From positions 1 through 64,000 of the forward strand of contig FLMG01000529.1 in assembly GCA_900088475.1 (NCBI GenBank): a stretch of 64,000 nucleotides of DNA. The letters run 5' to 3'. The first letter of the stretch is position 1; each line of letters starts with the position of its first letter. A program made the position numbers and the translations under genes. Shown here piece by piece: positions 36,149 through 48,616 of the stretch. The notes under the pieces are model-generated. The model worked only from the letters and a program-made list of their open reading frames with translations. It was not told the origin of the DNA and made no database searches. Source of the DNA: Hyphochytrium catenoides (taxonomy: Eukaryota; Protista; Hyphochytriomycota).

Positions 36149-38821
36149 TCAGTCCAACTCGAACATAATCTGGTTGCTAAAGGACACCTTAGTGACGGTG
36201 GGTGGTACTTCAAGAGCAGCAAACAGTTTGCTGCCAGTCTTTGATATGTGCTCGGACGGGTGTCCGTTCTCTTTCTCCCTCCCAGGCTCACCCTTTAGAG
36301 AGGACCATCGGCCTGGCGTTTCCTTTTCCAGCACTATCACCATATTTAGCGTTGCTACATCATACTTGCACTTGGATGGTACTATTTCTCCATGCAGACT
36401 TATCTCTAATCTATAGCCTGTACGCTCCGACGTCTTCTCATTTACGGCAAAAAACGATATCTTGATCTAGAAAGAATGACGAAAGTTAGCTGATAAGGAG
36501 GCATGCGTAAAAAGTGACCCTGCCTCGCCCAGTGACTGACCTGCTTTGAGTGCCACTCCGACATCACGGAGCTGGGCTCTATGTTGGGAACTTTGACAAG
36601 TAGTGTCACTACTTTCTCGGTCTGTCGGAAGACGTAACTTGGCTCCTTCAGGTCTCCTGGTTCGGCATCTCTTAGACCGTGGTCTGACCTCTCAGGCACT
36701 GGCGCGGCGTGGGAATTGGTCTCTTCTTGGAGGGATGTACCGCCTAGGGAAGGCACTGTACTCAGCTTGTCCTCAGCAGTAAGGACAGCCACTCTATCGC
36801 TCCCATCCTCATCATTGTTGGAAGGCACCAGAATTCCCTCTTTGGCCTCGGTGTTCCTGCTTGTGGTTGTGAACAGAGGCGTTGGCGCCGGGACTACATC
36901 CTTCCTAGCATTATCAAGCAACAATTTGATATCTTCATCCTGCTGCTGTTGCTTTTGCGCCGGATCAATCCACCTATCATGCCTAATGTGGCTAGAATCC
37001 TTCGCTAGACCCTCCAGGTCCCGTTGCGTTTCCATGTCCTCGGGATCTGGGTCCTCCGACTGTGCTGGTGCTTGTGGCTCGACAACGTCAGAAGCTTCAT
37101 CACCAGCGCCTTCAGGAGCGGCACGTGGCCGCACAGACAATGTGATCACAAGCAGCCCCTTCTTTTTGTCAAAGGACGCCTTTGCCGTCTCTTCTCTGAT
37201 GGGATACGGCAGTCTTACATCCAGAGCAGCATACTGATTCTCGTCAAACCTAAGGCAGAGCATCCTCTCGGAAATATCGAGTCCAACGCCAGCTGCGCTT
37301 CTCTATAGGACAACGTAACGAATCGTTAGACCCGACGTTACGATTTACCAGTCTCGAATAACCACGCATCACCGAGGAGAGCGAATAGTACGCGAAACGC
37401 AGAAGTCCCGCTACTTACAAGAAGGGGCAAATTGACCCGGACAACAAGCTCTGCGGGCCTTTCACTTCGCACTCTCCTGTCTTCGGTGAATTGAGAAAGG
37501 TCTATCTTGCCTCTTTCTGTGATATTGTAGGTTGGGGGCTGCCGAGGCTGGGGTTCACATCTCAACTGTTCTGGCGCTTTATCACTAGTATGAACATCAG
37601 ATGATAACTCAGAAACTAGCGCCGGATTCTGATGCTCCTCTCGAGGATCTTTAACTTGCACATCGGTGGTCGTTAAGACCGAAGTGCTTCCCCCTTCTGC
37701 AGGAGAAGCATTTTCTTGCCTAGTTCTCTCCTTTGACGCGGTGCTGATGGGCTTGGAAGGGTCCACATGGGGCTTCGCTTTCGAGAGTAGCATGACTGCC
37801 GGTGTCCCACTCTTATACTGGACACCCTTGAGTATGTGGAATTCTGGTTCGTATGAAGTATGTTAGAACGATTACAGGGTCGGCGAGTACAGCTACCTTG
37901 ACTGCTCACCTTTCTTCAGTGACTCATCAGAGCCAGAATAAGTATCTCGCCTCACTTTCTCTACGTTCTCCATTGCTGTTTGGACTATGAGGCCCCTAAG
38001 ACGGGGATTGTTTGAGGCCATCAGCACTATCTCCTTATGAAAGCAGATGTCATAAGTTGGTACCGTGCTTCCAGCTGCAGATTTCAAAGAGCCAAAAATG
38101 TCAGAGACTCAGAGAAAACACTCCCAATATTGAGCTTTCTGGCCTTACTCTTATCTCTCTCCATCCTCACAGGCCCTAGACTGAATGGTAGTTTCCATTG
38201 AGCCCCCTGTTCCTTACGCTGAACTTCTGCCTTAGCAACTTTATCCGAGTAGCAAACGTTTATGAATATCTTGCTACGTGAGAGAAGGGAGACTCGTGAA
38301 CAAAACCTACCACCTTGCGTCAGATGATCAATCGAGAGCCACAACTCATGTCTTACGAGTCATCCTGCTTCCGTCTGCATTTGAACACAAAAGCTGGCTC
38401 CGGATGCAGTAGTTCACGATCAGCTGGTACTCTGTTATCCAGCTCTAGCTGCTTGATGTACTCCTCTTGCTCCTGTCAAATAAATGGCCTCCGTTAGTCC
38501 CTAATACGGACCCACCATTGCCCTTCGGCTTTCGGCTGTCAGATGAACCCACTGCCATGTGGCTACGTACTTTGCGATGCTCGGGGTTACTTATCTCTTC
38601 GACATATTCTGATAGAAGCTTCCGAAACTCTGGGTCATTCATCGCTTTTTCAAACTTTTGCTCCTCCTAGTCATTTGTGGAAGTGTCTGTGAGTGTTACT
38701 TCATTCATGTACACCTGCTGAGGCTTACCTCTCGTGTTAACTTAAGAGTGTCCTTTGAGCTTTCCATGGCCTTGCGGAAGGCATAGTTCATCTCTGCTTC
38801 TGTCCTGGGCAAGCCAGCCAT
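36149..38821 (-). CDS. DNAAF2: Kintoun/PF13 axonemal dynein assembly factor (PIH1 and CS domains), multi-exon
   Basis: AMNDPEFRKLLSEYVEEISNPEHRK, LLHPEPAFVFK, KIFINVC, WKLPFSLG, RPAELVVRVNLPLL, LDVRLPYPI..AKASFDKKKGLLVITLSV, and C-terminal FSNQIMFELD. Confidence 0.9.
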
Positions 38822-39359
38822 GGTGAGTTTGACTTTGAATGCCGTGAAGTGCTTCGCTATGCGTGCTGTGGCACAGGTTTCGCACTGTTATCGTCTCTGG
38901 TCTGCTCCTGGCACGTCGCTATGCACTGCTCTCCATAACGGCCGGCAAACAAGAAGACTGAGCTCGTTGTTCTCAGATGACTGTGTGAAAGTGCGACGGC
39001 CTTTCAGCTTGATGACCTTTTCCTGCGTGTGGGCGGTCTCTTCTTCTTCCAAAAACCAACATCATCCTCCAACTTGTAGCCCCAGTCCAGGGGTAGTTCT
39101 GATGCGAAGAGGCCGAGTGCAGGGGGAGCACTGACAGTTTTCTCCTGGAGTATTACTGCAGTCACAGCAATGGAAATGTAGGGGGAAGTGGGAAGGTTGG
39201 ATGGGCCCTGGGCTGATGTGAAGTGATGTTCTCTCTCCTCCGTCGAGGGTGGTAGGGCGTACTACTGTGTGAGGGATTGCAAAAGCTCTGTCTGGTCGTG
39301 GGCTTGTGGCATTACTACTTTAGCCCTCGCATAATGTATCTGCTTTGACTGATTCTTTT

Positions 39360-42217
39360 AGGAGATGAAGTGGCTTCTTACCCCCTACCGCTCACCGGGA
39401 TGGAGCCTCGAGATCACAACTTGAAGCCATTTCTGGGGGATCGTCCGCTGAGGTGAGGATGATTCTGAACTCTTCGATGAGATGTTCCTCGGCACCTTTT
39501 CCCCCTCAGTTCTGACCCACACCAAAGTTCTCGAAAAAAGAATAACGTCAATGAGTCCATCATCAATGCGGAATACGATCAGAATTTGCAGGGGCAGGGC
39601 GCTTTCCGATGCATAACTAAAGAGGAACCATGCGGAATTAGTCGAGGATGGAGTCTGGGTCAAATTGTCGTGTCCCATTGTCTATGTGAGTGGAGGTATA
39701 TATGCTAAATCATAGAGTTATTTAGTAGAGTACCAAGTGCGAGTGCGGGAACATGGGGAGGGGGGGAAGAATAACGCCAGCCCGCCAAAGGCCGTCTTTT
39801 GTTACTGCGGCAGGGTGGTGATGAACCTTCTCCGATTCCCGTGCCTCTCACATGCTTTGTGAGGGCAAGAAGGAACCTGAACCTTCACCTATCAGTGCGC
39901 CACCTAGGCGCTCCTCTGCTCCCTCTTCTCCCGCTCCTGTCACTCGTTCTCCTCCTTGCTGTTCCTCTTCACGGTCACGGACAGCATCATGATGCCCCAG
40001 TCTTTCTTACTGTTCTGATTCAGTCAGCACAGCTTTACCTTGCTGCTACCTCCAGGCCGAGTCTGCAGCACCTTCATGAGCTGGGCGATCAGCCTTGACG
40101 TGCCCCAGAAATTTGGCACTTGAAGCTCTCTTTCTGTGAGCAAGGTTGCTGGTTGAGCTTAAGCGCGCAAGCGGTTCGCTTTGCAACGAGTTCACAGCGC
40201 AGCATCACTTTGGTTGTCAGCTTTTGATGCTTGGGCGATGGTCTGGTAGTGGAGGGCCCTAGGCTAGAGCTTTCCACCGGGGCGTAAACTGTGCCATCCT
40301 CTATCCTGCACACTTGGCTCCTTCCGAGGGTTTCGTTTCCTCCCCATCTTCCTTAGAATATGAAGGCAGATGAGAGCAGCAGTGCATTGCAGCTTGCCGA
40401 TGGCGGTAATTCTGATCTTTCCTCACCTAAATGCTTCAAACCCTTATCGGAGGAAGCCTTTGGAGCTTATCTAAACTCACAACAGCATCTGGACTGGCTT
40501 CCACCAAGGCCCACTGTAGCTGGCCGCGATTTGCTTGAAATTCTTGTTTTCGGCCAAGCAGAGGCAGTGCTGGCGTCATTGGACGTTCTGGATGCTGAAG
40601 TCACACACAATGACCACAAGTACCGAAGCTTAAAGGTCTTAGTGGACCCTCTCGAAACTACCTTGCAAGTAGGTCTTACTGTTTCTTGTTTGAAAGGTTG
40701 GTGCATTGTTTGCTGATGCCATATGTCAACTGTCCGCTTTTTAAAGGTTATGATGCGGGCGGAGGAGCTCATTCGCATTCCCCACGAAGCCTGGGATTTA
40801 TTTGTGTACCAGCGTGTTGCTACGGGTGAACTGAAATTGTATGCTCTCCACGGTGGAGAGCTTGTCAAGGAGCTGTACGGAAGTGATCAGAAGAACTACC
40901 TAACAAAAGATACCAAGCTCTTTCTTGTGGTGAGTCATGCGACAGCCCCATTCTTTGTCTCGGAGTAATAACCAGGAGTGGTTTTAACAGGCCCGAGATG
41001 ACGGCGACCACTTTAGGGACCGCTTCCACACCGAAGTCATGAATAGCAGACCGAAACAGTTGATTGCGTTTCCTAAGCCGCAGTTGGACTTCTTGGCGCA
41101 GATGAGCTGGTACGAGTATGCCATGAAAACGTTCCACCTCTTAGGAGGGCCCTCAAGCGGCCCAAGCAATCGTTCGTTGGAGCTGGAAGAAAGGCGCTGG
41201 TTTCAGTACTGCAAGAGCCGCGCTGAGGAATATGAGGCGTTCATGCGCAGTGGGCTTTCCTCTCAAGAAGATGGTCTTAGCCCAGCAGAAAAGCTCTATA
41301 TCAATACAGGATCCCTCTTGCAGCAGACTGGCTTTTCTCCTTTCGAGCGGAAGCTCCTTCAGGCGAATGTACTATACAAGGAGATAAGTGAAGNNNNNNN
41401 NNNNNNNNNNNNNNNNNNNNNNNNNNNNNTGCTGCGCATAGTTGATGGCGGAACAACATGGGGCGATGATGATAACTTCTCCGAGGAAATCGAGGAGGAC
41501 AATCGACGCAAGCGGTTCGCATCTGACCCTTTCCTCTACGAGAACAATGCGGATGGCAAGTGGGTCACGGTCTTTGGTGTAGAGCGTGAAGCTGACGGCG
41601 GCGATTCCTTTGAAGATACTGCATTTATCCGGGTCTTTGACCTGTCAGCGCTCATGCTCAGCACTCTTCGTTACGTGGTCCTAGGTGATGATGATAATCG
41701 GCATCTGGCGATCGACAACCGGCACTTTCTCTTATTTCTTCTTACTTTGTGCGGTGTCCCCTTGCATTCGATGGAATGGTGCCATCGGAAATGGCTTTTG
41801 GAGGAGGTTGCGAAGGTGGCGAGCGAAAACGATGTGGTGGACTTTCAGAGGAAATGTCGCTCGCCAACGTACGTCTACAGAGACTGTCGACGCTCGTTTG
41901 GTACCATGTTTGATTTCTTCTCAGCTCCATCACCAAAAAGCAAGGCTGCGTGGGTGTCTCCAAACCTTGGAGCACAATTTTGCAAGACCTTTAATGGTTC
42001 TTTTTCTCTCTCAACCAATTCCCGCGAGCTTGTACCAGAACACCGCGCCATAAACGCATCGCTTCCAGAAGTGGAGTCTTGGGCTGCTTCATCGTCAAAT
42101 TTGAAAGACGAATTCTCAGTGGCGAATCATCCAGAGCGCTCAGGGGCAGCCGCTGCGGTAGATCGGACGGGTACAGAGGAATGGAGAAGGCAATTGTATA
42201 CTCCAGCTCTGGCCTGA
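39360..42217 (+). CDS. Uncharacterised multi-exon protein spanning an assembly gap
   Basis: Consecutive plus-strand ORFs 40360-40716, 40723-40968 and 41039-42217 with intron-like linkers and protein-like composition. No domain recognised; 5' end uncertain. Confidence 0.5.
41394..41429. other. Assembly gap (36 N)
   Basis: Run of N. Confidence 1.
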
Positions 42218-42261
42218 ACTGCTCGTCGTTTAAAGGACCTACCATTATCAGAGAGGGACTA

Positions 42262-42337
42262 CCAAATGTCCATTTAGGTTCATATGCCAAATGTCCATTT
42301 AGGTTCATATGCCAAATCCCATTTAGGTTCATATGCC
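42262..42337. repeat. 25-bp minisatellite, 3 copies
   Basis: ccaaatgtccatttaggttcatatg x2 plus ccaaatcccatttaggttcatatg. Confidence 0.95.
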
Positions 42338-42615
42338 TGGGTTCGGAGGACTGGGTAGAGGGACATACAGACAAACAGATTTAAAGAGGCGTGGGCGCCA
42401 GGCACCCGCCCTAACAAGGCGTTGTATTCACAAAATTAACAAGGTTTCCGGCTGCTTGCTCTACGTCCAACTTAGCCCTCTTTCCGTACAGGTTGTTTCC
42501 GTGGTCTAGTCGACCTTCTTGGGTCAGCGCGAAGCTCTGTCCTATAGAATGTTTTTCCTCCGAAGGGGTTGCTACCTGCTGATGAAACTTTCTGTTGCTG
42601 GAATTGCTCCTAAAG

Positions 42616-43734
42616 TCAATGCTTGTTAGGACTACGGGGGTCAACATGGTCTGCAAAAATATAATGTACCAGTGTCAAGCCTTTGTTCAATAAGGCATCC
42701 ACAGTTTGACGGTCATGGAAGTTGCCTCTGGCATCGAGGAGATGAAAACTCCTTTGTCCTCGAATCAAGAGGCTAATGTAGCTCCGCTTGCTTCCCGCTG
42801 GAGCCCAGACATCGGCGAGCGGAAGATATTTCGGCGCTGATAAGTCCTGACAGTACTTCTAAGTTAGTAGTTGCGGACCATCCATAGTTGTAAGAGACCT
42901 TTGTTAGACTTACCCCGAAAAATGTGTGACAAACGAGCTTAATGGTCTTCTTGTCAGGCAACAACGTGAGTCGCGCGACGGAGCGCTGAAAGATGCCACT
43001 TCTAGGTCAATATGTAACTGAAACTAGCCTTTGACAAATAACCCACACCTTAGCGAAGAAGTTCGCGATGCCTATTAAAAGCACGGACGCCCCGAAACCA
43101 AGCACTGGCCACGCAGGAGAAGCGACAAAGTTTGGAACGTAGCTGGGTAGCTCTATGTTTGCAACTGCAAGTGGCCCAAAGTATGCATGAGTACGAGAGG
43201 GTCCACACCTGCAAGCTCTATTTCGCACCTGGAAAGTAGTCATCAAGTCCGATCACCACGAAAAAGAACCCACTCTATTATGGGTGAACGTCTGAGTGAT
43301 AAGCTCCTAGTCGTATATGAGGACCATATTTCCTTACCTGAATCATTGCTAGCATGGCCAGTCTTGTGAAGTATTTCTGTCATGCAAGGAGCTCTCAGAA
43401 AGAGCCCTGTTCGACGGCAAAGTAGAAGCATTATTACCTTGCGATGGTAATCATATAGGACTGTTCCTTCTCTAGGGTCCGGGCTAGCGAAGCTATTGAC
43501 CGCCTTTGACGTAGGCGATGCAAAGTTTCTTGACGGTATCAGGACAACTTGCCCTCTTGTGGCAGCTGGCCCCCACAGGTACGCTGGTCTAGCAGCCATG
43601 ACTAAAGGTCTAAAAGATGAAGGGAGTGCTACCCGGCATACCAAGGAATGGGCCACTGGGCCGCTTTTCCTGGCAATAGCAGGCCCCAAGACCTTGTTTC
43701 GCGCTCGAGAGTATCCTTGTACAAATGCTCTCAT
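42616..43734 (-). CDS. TMEM223: TMEM223-like mitochondrial inner-membrane protein (multi-exon)
   Basis: Arg/Ala-rich presequence ending ..SRNFAS; TM segment WPVLGFGASVLLIGIANFFA; RSVARLTLL..CHTFFG. C-terminal YISLLIRGQRSFHLLDARGNF resembles the TMEM223 LKVKGRRFYFLLDKTGHF motif. The 3' end is approximate. Confidence 0.65.
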
Positions 43735-44609
43735 CTTTCTTACCTAAGATACTTCCGGAATCTTTATGCTCCTGGTAAACAATATAGTTCTGTCAAGGTA
43801 GCGGCCAACCGTGTGCCGCTCCCAACAGTCTGTTCTATAGAATGTCCAATAGCTTTTTTGTCAACAGCAGTGAAGATTATTGGGGTTGTTGGTTGCCAAC
43901 CGCGTTCGCAGTAGGACCTCGAGGCAGTGCCATCTCCCCTCCTACCCTCCTCTTCTGGCTTCTGGCTGCAGCAGCTTGGGCTTGGGAGTTCATCAGAAGG
44001 GCCGAGGATCAGAAGCTCACACACTCCCTCTATTAACCAGTAACCGAGAGACAACATGCTCTGATTCAAGCACTTGTGATCTTTTAGGGAAGTAGCAGAC
44101 GTACAGCATGTCATCGTACAACGCACAACCATCATGACATACGTATAACATAAGTCTGACCAGCGCAGTACAGCGATGCCATCATCAAATTTTTATAGAA
44201 TTCTAACTTTTTATTTTCTATGGGCAAACGAAGATCAAACAGTGTACACTTAAGAGTACAGTAGTGTAACATCAAACGAGCTCTGCCTTGCATAACAGGG
44301 CTTCTTTTGTCGTCAAGCTGTAGAATGGCCTTATCAGTCAGAGCTCGTTAGTCTTCCTCTTCGCAGCGATCATTGGATTCAGTTCCTCTATCTGCGTCAT
44401 CCCATCGACCTGACAGCACTGCAGCTGCTGGCGATGGTGTGTAGGGAGCCTTGCGACAGAGCTAAGAGGTAGAAGACATGCGCCACGACAAAGACGACGT
44501 AAGGAGTCAGAGTAGTGATCCTTCTGGCCATAAGACTGCAACAGGATCACGCTCACAGACTAACCGCTCAGAAGCTCAGTCTACTTGAGTTACCCATTCG
44601 GAGGGGGGA

Positions 44610-47600
44610 ATGAGAGAAGAAAGGAGAACGGGCAGCGAAGGAAGAGGAACAAGGCCGAAATCCAACAACTCGCAGTCACGACTACAAAGGAGCGATTCTG
44701 GAACATGGAGGTGGGCGGCAGCGTTCTAGACATAAGTCTTATATAGATATATATGTGTACGGTTCTGATATGGCGACTATGAAGGCAAGTCTGGGCCAAG
44801 TACCACTACCTACCAACATCACCAGACAAATGGATCTTCCTTGTCACCCTAGGCATTATCGCTGCCTTACTAGCGTGAGTATTGGCTGTGATCTGGCCGA
44901 CCAGTCCGTGATCTTACTCATCTCACATGGTAGGGAGGTTGTAAACAGCGTGATCAAAGAGCTTGAACGGGCGCGTGAAGCAATATATGAGGCTGAGGTA
45001 AAGTTAGCTCCAGCTCTTGTCGAAACACCGTAGTACTGATGATTGTTTGCTGTGCATAACAGTCCATCTATGTCGCGTTCTTTGGGTCGTTGCTCTGGTG
45101 CGTTATCCTTAGCTTGACGGCCTCGTTAGTAAGCCAAGCACTAAGCCCGGTGGCTGATGGATCAGGTAAGATTTAAAGATATAAAGAACCGAGAACGACA
45201 CTAAATAGGTGGGCAGGCATCCCTGAAATGAAGGTCATCATGAGCGGTAGTAGCACGCGGAGTCACACTCTCAGTAGGAATGTCCTTACGCTGTCAACTT
45301 TATGCGCTAAAGCCACTGGGGCCATCATGGCCATAGGAGGTGGACTCTCTGTGGGCAAAATGGTAAGTAGAAGCGGTGGTATTCAGATCCGGTGCTCGTT
45401 AGCTTGACATCGCTAATAATTCCGTTCATTGGAAGGGTCCCTTTGTGCATATCTCTTGTATCATAGCCCACCAATTAGGAAAGTTACCATTGTTCCGGCA
45501 CCCTGACAGCCCTCCGATCAATCGACAGTTCATTGCCGCAGGTAAGCTACTTATGGCTTTTTTCTTCCAAGTGCCTGCGTTCCTAGAAGAAGTCACCCTC
45601 ACACTAACTGCCTCCTCACGTGCTTCTCTCTTATCCCTATGATCACGTCCTGCGATGCCAAAGGAGTGGCAGCAGGTGTTACGTCAGTCTTCGGTGCACC
45701 CATCGGCGGGGTCCTCTTTAGTATCGAGGTTACCAGCACCTATTACTCGGTCAGGTGGGAAGTCTATACACTCATAAAACAACGAGTATGCGCTTATTCG
45801 CCTCGCAGTAACCTTTGGCGGGCTTTCATCTGTGCTGTGAGCTGCGTACTAACTTTTATGTACATCAATGCCTACAAGGTATGACAGTTGATCACTGCAT
45901 CTAAAGTCTATGGCACGGCTTCAGTTAAAATACATATACGACAGGAAAGTGAGCTTTTTGTCAAAACCTCTTTCCCGAAGTTTGATGTCAGAAGCGCCGA
46001 GATATTCTCCTTCACTGTCTTGGGTATGCTCTCCGGGGTAGGTCTCTCGACGCCCACGTCACTGCTCCAGCGCACTTGTTGAAGGCTCCTTTAAGTCGTT
46101 TTCTCCAAATTCTTGCCATACTCTATATCTTCTTTGGCTTTTTTCTCTCTTTTAGTTCAGTTTCACGGTTGCTTTTCCTCAGTCGCTGTATAGAGCTTCT
46201 ATTTGAGGGCGTTCAGCTGATATTCTGGGCTGTTACAGCTAGTAAGCGCAAGCTTTGTCTACTCCGTGAAGGCTTATCATCAGTGGCGTTGTTCGCCCAA
46301 ATATGTACGTGCGCCTTCTCAGCATATTCTCTCAGACCCCTAACAAGAGCACTCATTTGCATAGATGCCCCGTACAAGAGCGGGTGTGGTCAGCTTGTTG
46401 GCTGTATTCACGTCAATTCTCACATTTCCCCTCATAGTCCTGCGCAAATCTGACAGAGAGATTCTCAACGAGATGTTCACTGATTTAGAGTTAGCATCTA
46501 CCGACAGGCAGACTTGGAGCTCTATCTCATCGAGCGCTCTTCTCTTCCTCTTTACGGTACGCAGTTTGACCATCTCTTTCCTGTCACCCAGCCTCATATA
46601 CGCATGCGCTCATACGTACGGAAAAGGTTGTAAAGTTCGTTCTTACGGTGGCGCCATGTGGTGTGCCTCTGCCTTGCGGCCTTTTCACTCCAGTCTTTGT
46701 TGTGGGAGCTGCCTTTGGCCGGCTCTATGGAGAGTTACTTAATCTCGTTTTTCCAAGGGAATCCATCTCAGCAGCATGTACGTAGAAGGCTTTATTTACT
46801 ACCTCACTTCCAACCCTTACAATCGGAATATGTAGCTTATGCGGTGGTCGGGGCTGCAGCAGTAGCTTCAGGAGCTACTCACACCGTTTCGACAGCGGTC
46901 ATCGTCTTTGAACTGACAGGCCAACTTTCTCACATGATCCCCGTCATGCTCGCTGTGCTCCTAGCGTATTCAGTAGCTGGCTTCTTCACCAGTTCGGTCT
47001 ATGACTTGTTGCTGGAGATGAAGGGCTTGCCCTATCTTCCCGCTTTGAAAAATGACAGTACACGTGAGGTCCCTGTGCATGTGAGTGTGAAACATCTGAA
47101 CTAATAAAATGACTCACTCCTGTCTTTTCATCCCGTAAACCTCTACGTTCCGCAACTCTGTTAACCTAAGCCTCCTTATATTAACATTTTTAGGCTGTGA
47201 TGAGAAAGCAGTTTGAGTTCCTCACTATACGAAGCACGTACCAGGAAGTGCTAGACTTGGTACGTTACGTAATTGGGAAGCGACGGGTCAAGGGTAGAGC
47301 TACGACTAATTCTTTCGCCAATGGTCTAGCACACATGAAAGACTATTTCTCATTCTTCCTATCGCTTATCATGCTAACTTGAGGTGGAACTCACTGACGC
47401 AGCTGCAATCAAGTTCATTATCCCCCTATTTGGACAACTTTCCCCTGGTCAAGGACGCGAAGGGTATGATCCTAATGGTAGGTATATACCCTCGACTTTA
47501 ATTCTGGGATGGATCCTGATCTCTACGTCTACGGTTCTTGACCTATAAAACCAACTTCCTGAATTGGGCCCTTGTGAGCTAACTCAGTTTCAAACTCAAT

Positions 47601-48587
47601 ACCTCGCGGTTCCGCCTTCTTGAGGCACACACCAATTCGCCCAACACTCTATTATCGACTGTAAAACACTCTTTGTCTGTTGATGACCCCTACCAGGGAG
47701 CTGTCAAACGCTCTGATTTGGAAGCCGTTGTCAGAGCTAAAGGCAAGCTTTCGAGAAAAATGGTGAGCAATAAAGGATGACATGGTTGCGCCAATATGTC
47801 GTCGCTAACGGTTTTCTAGATGGAAGGAGTGGACCCGGGCACAGGACGAATGGCGAGGCACAACAAGTCCCTTAAGCACCGGCGGAAGGGCCCGAACTCA
47901 CCAAATGACCCTTCTCCAGAAGAGCACCCTCTCATCCGAGACGGTGACGATCAGCTGCCACCAGACGACGCTAAGGAAGCTGCTCTAACCGTATTGTCTC
48001 CGCGAAGAGCTCAAAAACGAACTCCTCCAATGGATGAGGAGCGAGGTTTGGAAGGTAAATCCTATTCGGGAGTTATGCGTTCGATAGGTTATAACAGCCA
48101 CCTACTATTAGAGGAGGGATCCCGCCACAGTGCTGCCGAGTCGAACGACAATGCTTTCTTCTCTTCCGTGGTAAGAGTGTGCAACATAGCCTCTGAGTTT
48201 ATTTCTATAATTCTCACCCTCCCTTCGCATCTATCTGCTACTCAGGTGCACTTTGGGAAACCTCTAAACAGTGGATCAACCGCATACACTGCTATCACTA
48301 TCGATCCTTCTCCTCCTCAGGTGCCCTCCCTGATGCCTCTAGGCCAGTTACACAGTATGCTGGCAGCTTGTCTCTGGACTGGAGTGTATGTGCTTGAGGC
48401 AGGAAAGCTGGTTGGGGTGTTGGATGTCGACGATCTCTGCCGGCGGAGAAGCCGATGGAGTGGGAGTGACAACTATGGGCCCACGCCTCTGTCTCCTCCT
48501 AGTATGGAGCTTGCCAACAGCTTCGACGAAGAGCAATTGATTGACAGGGCTGACTTGCGATCTCTATCTCAGTCTCCTCGAGTTTAA
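44610..48587 (+). CDS. CLC chloride channel of the ClC-1/ClC-2 type with two C-terminal CBS domains (multi-exon)
   Basis: [92 protein letters not shown], and CBS2 [15 protein letters not shown]. The start is uncertain. Confidence 0.93.
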
Positions 48588-48616
48588 GGAGCCTGGAAGC
48601 GTTAGGCTGAGCGGCA

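Noticed and set aside
42262-42337. CRISPR array
   Set aside because: Repeats are contiguous with no spacers, there are no cas genes, and the context is eukaryotic.
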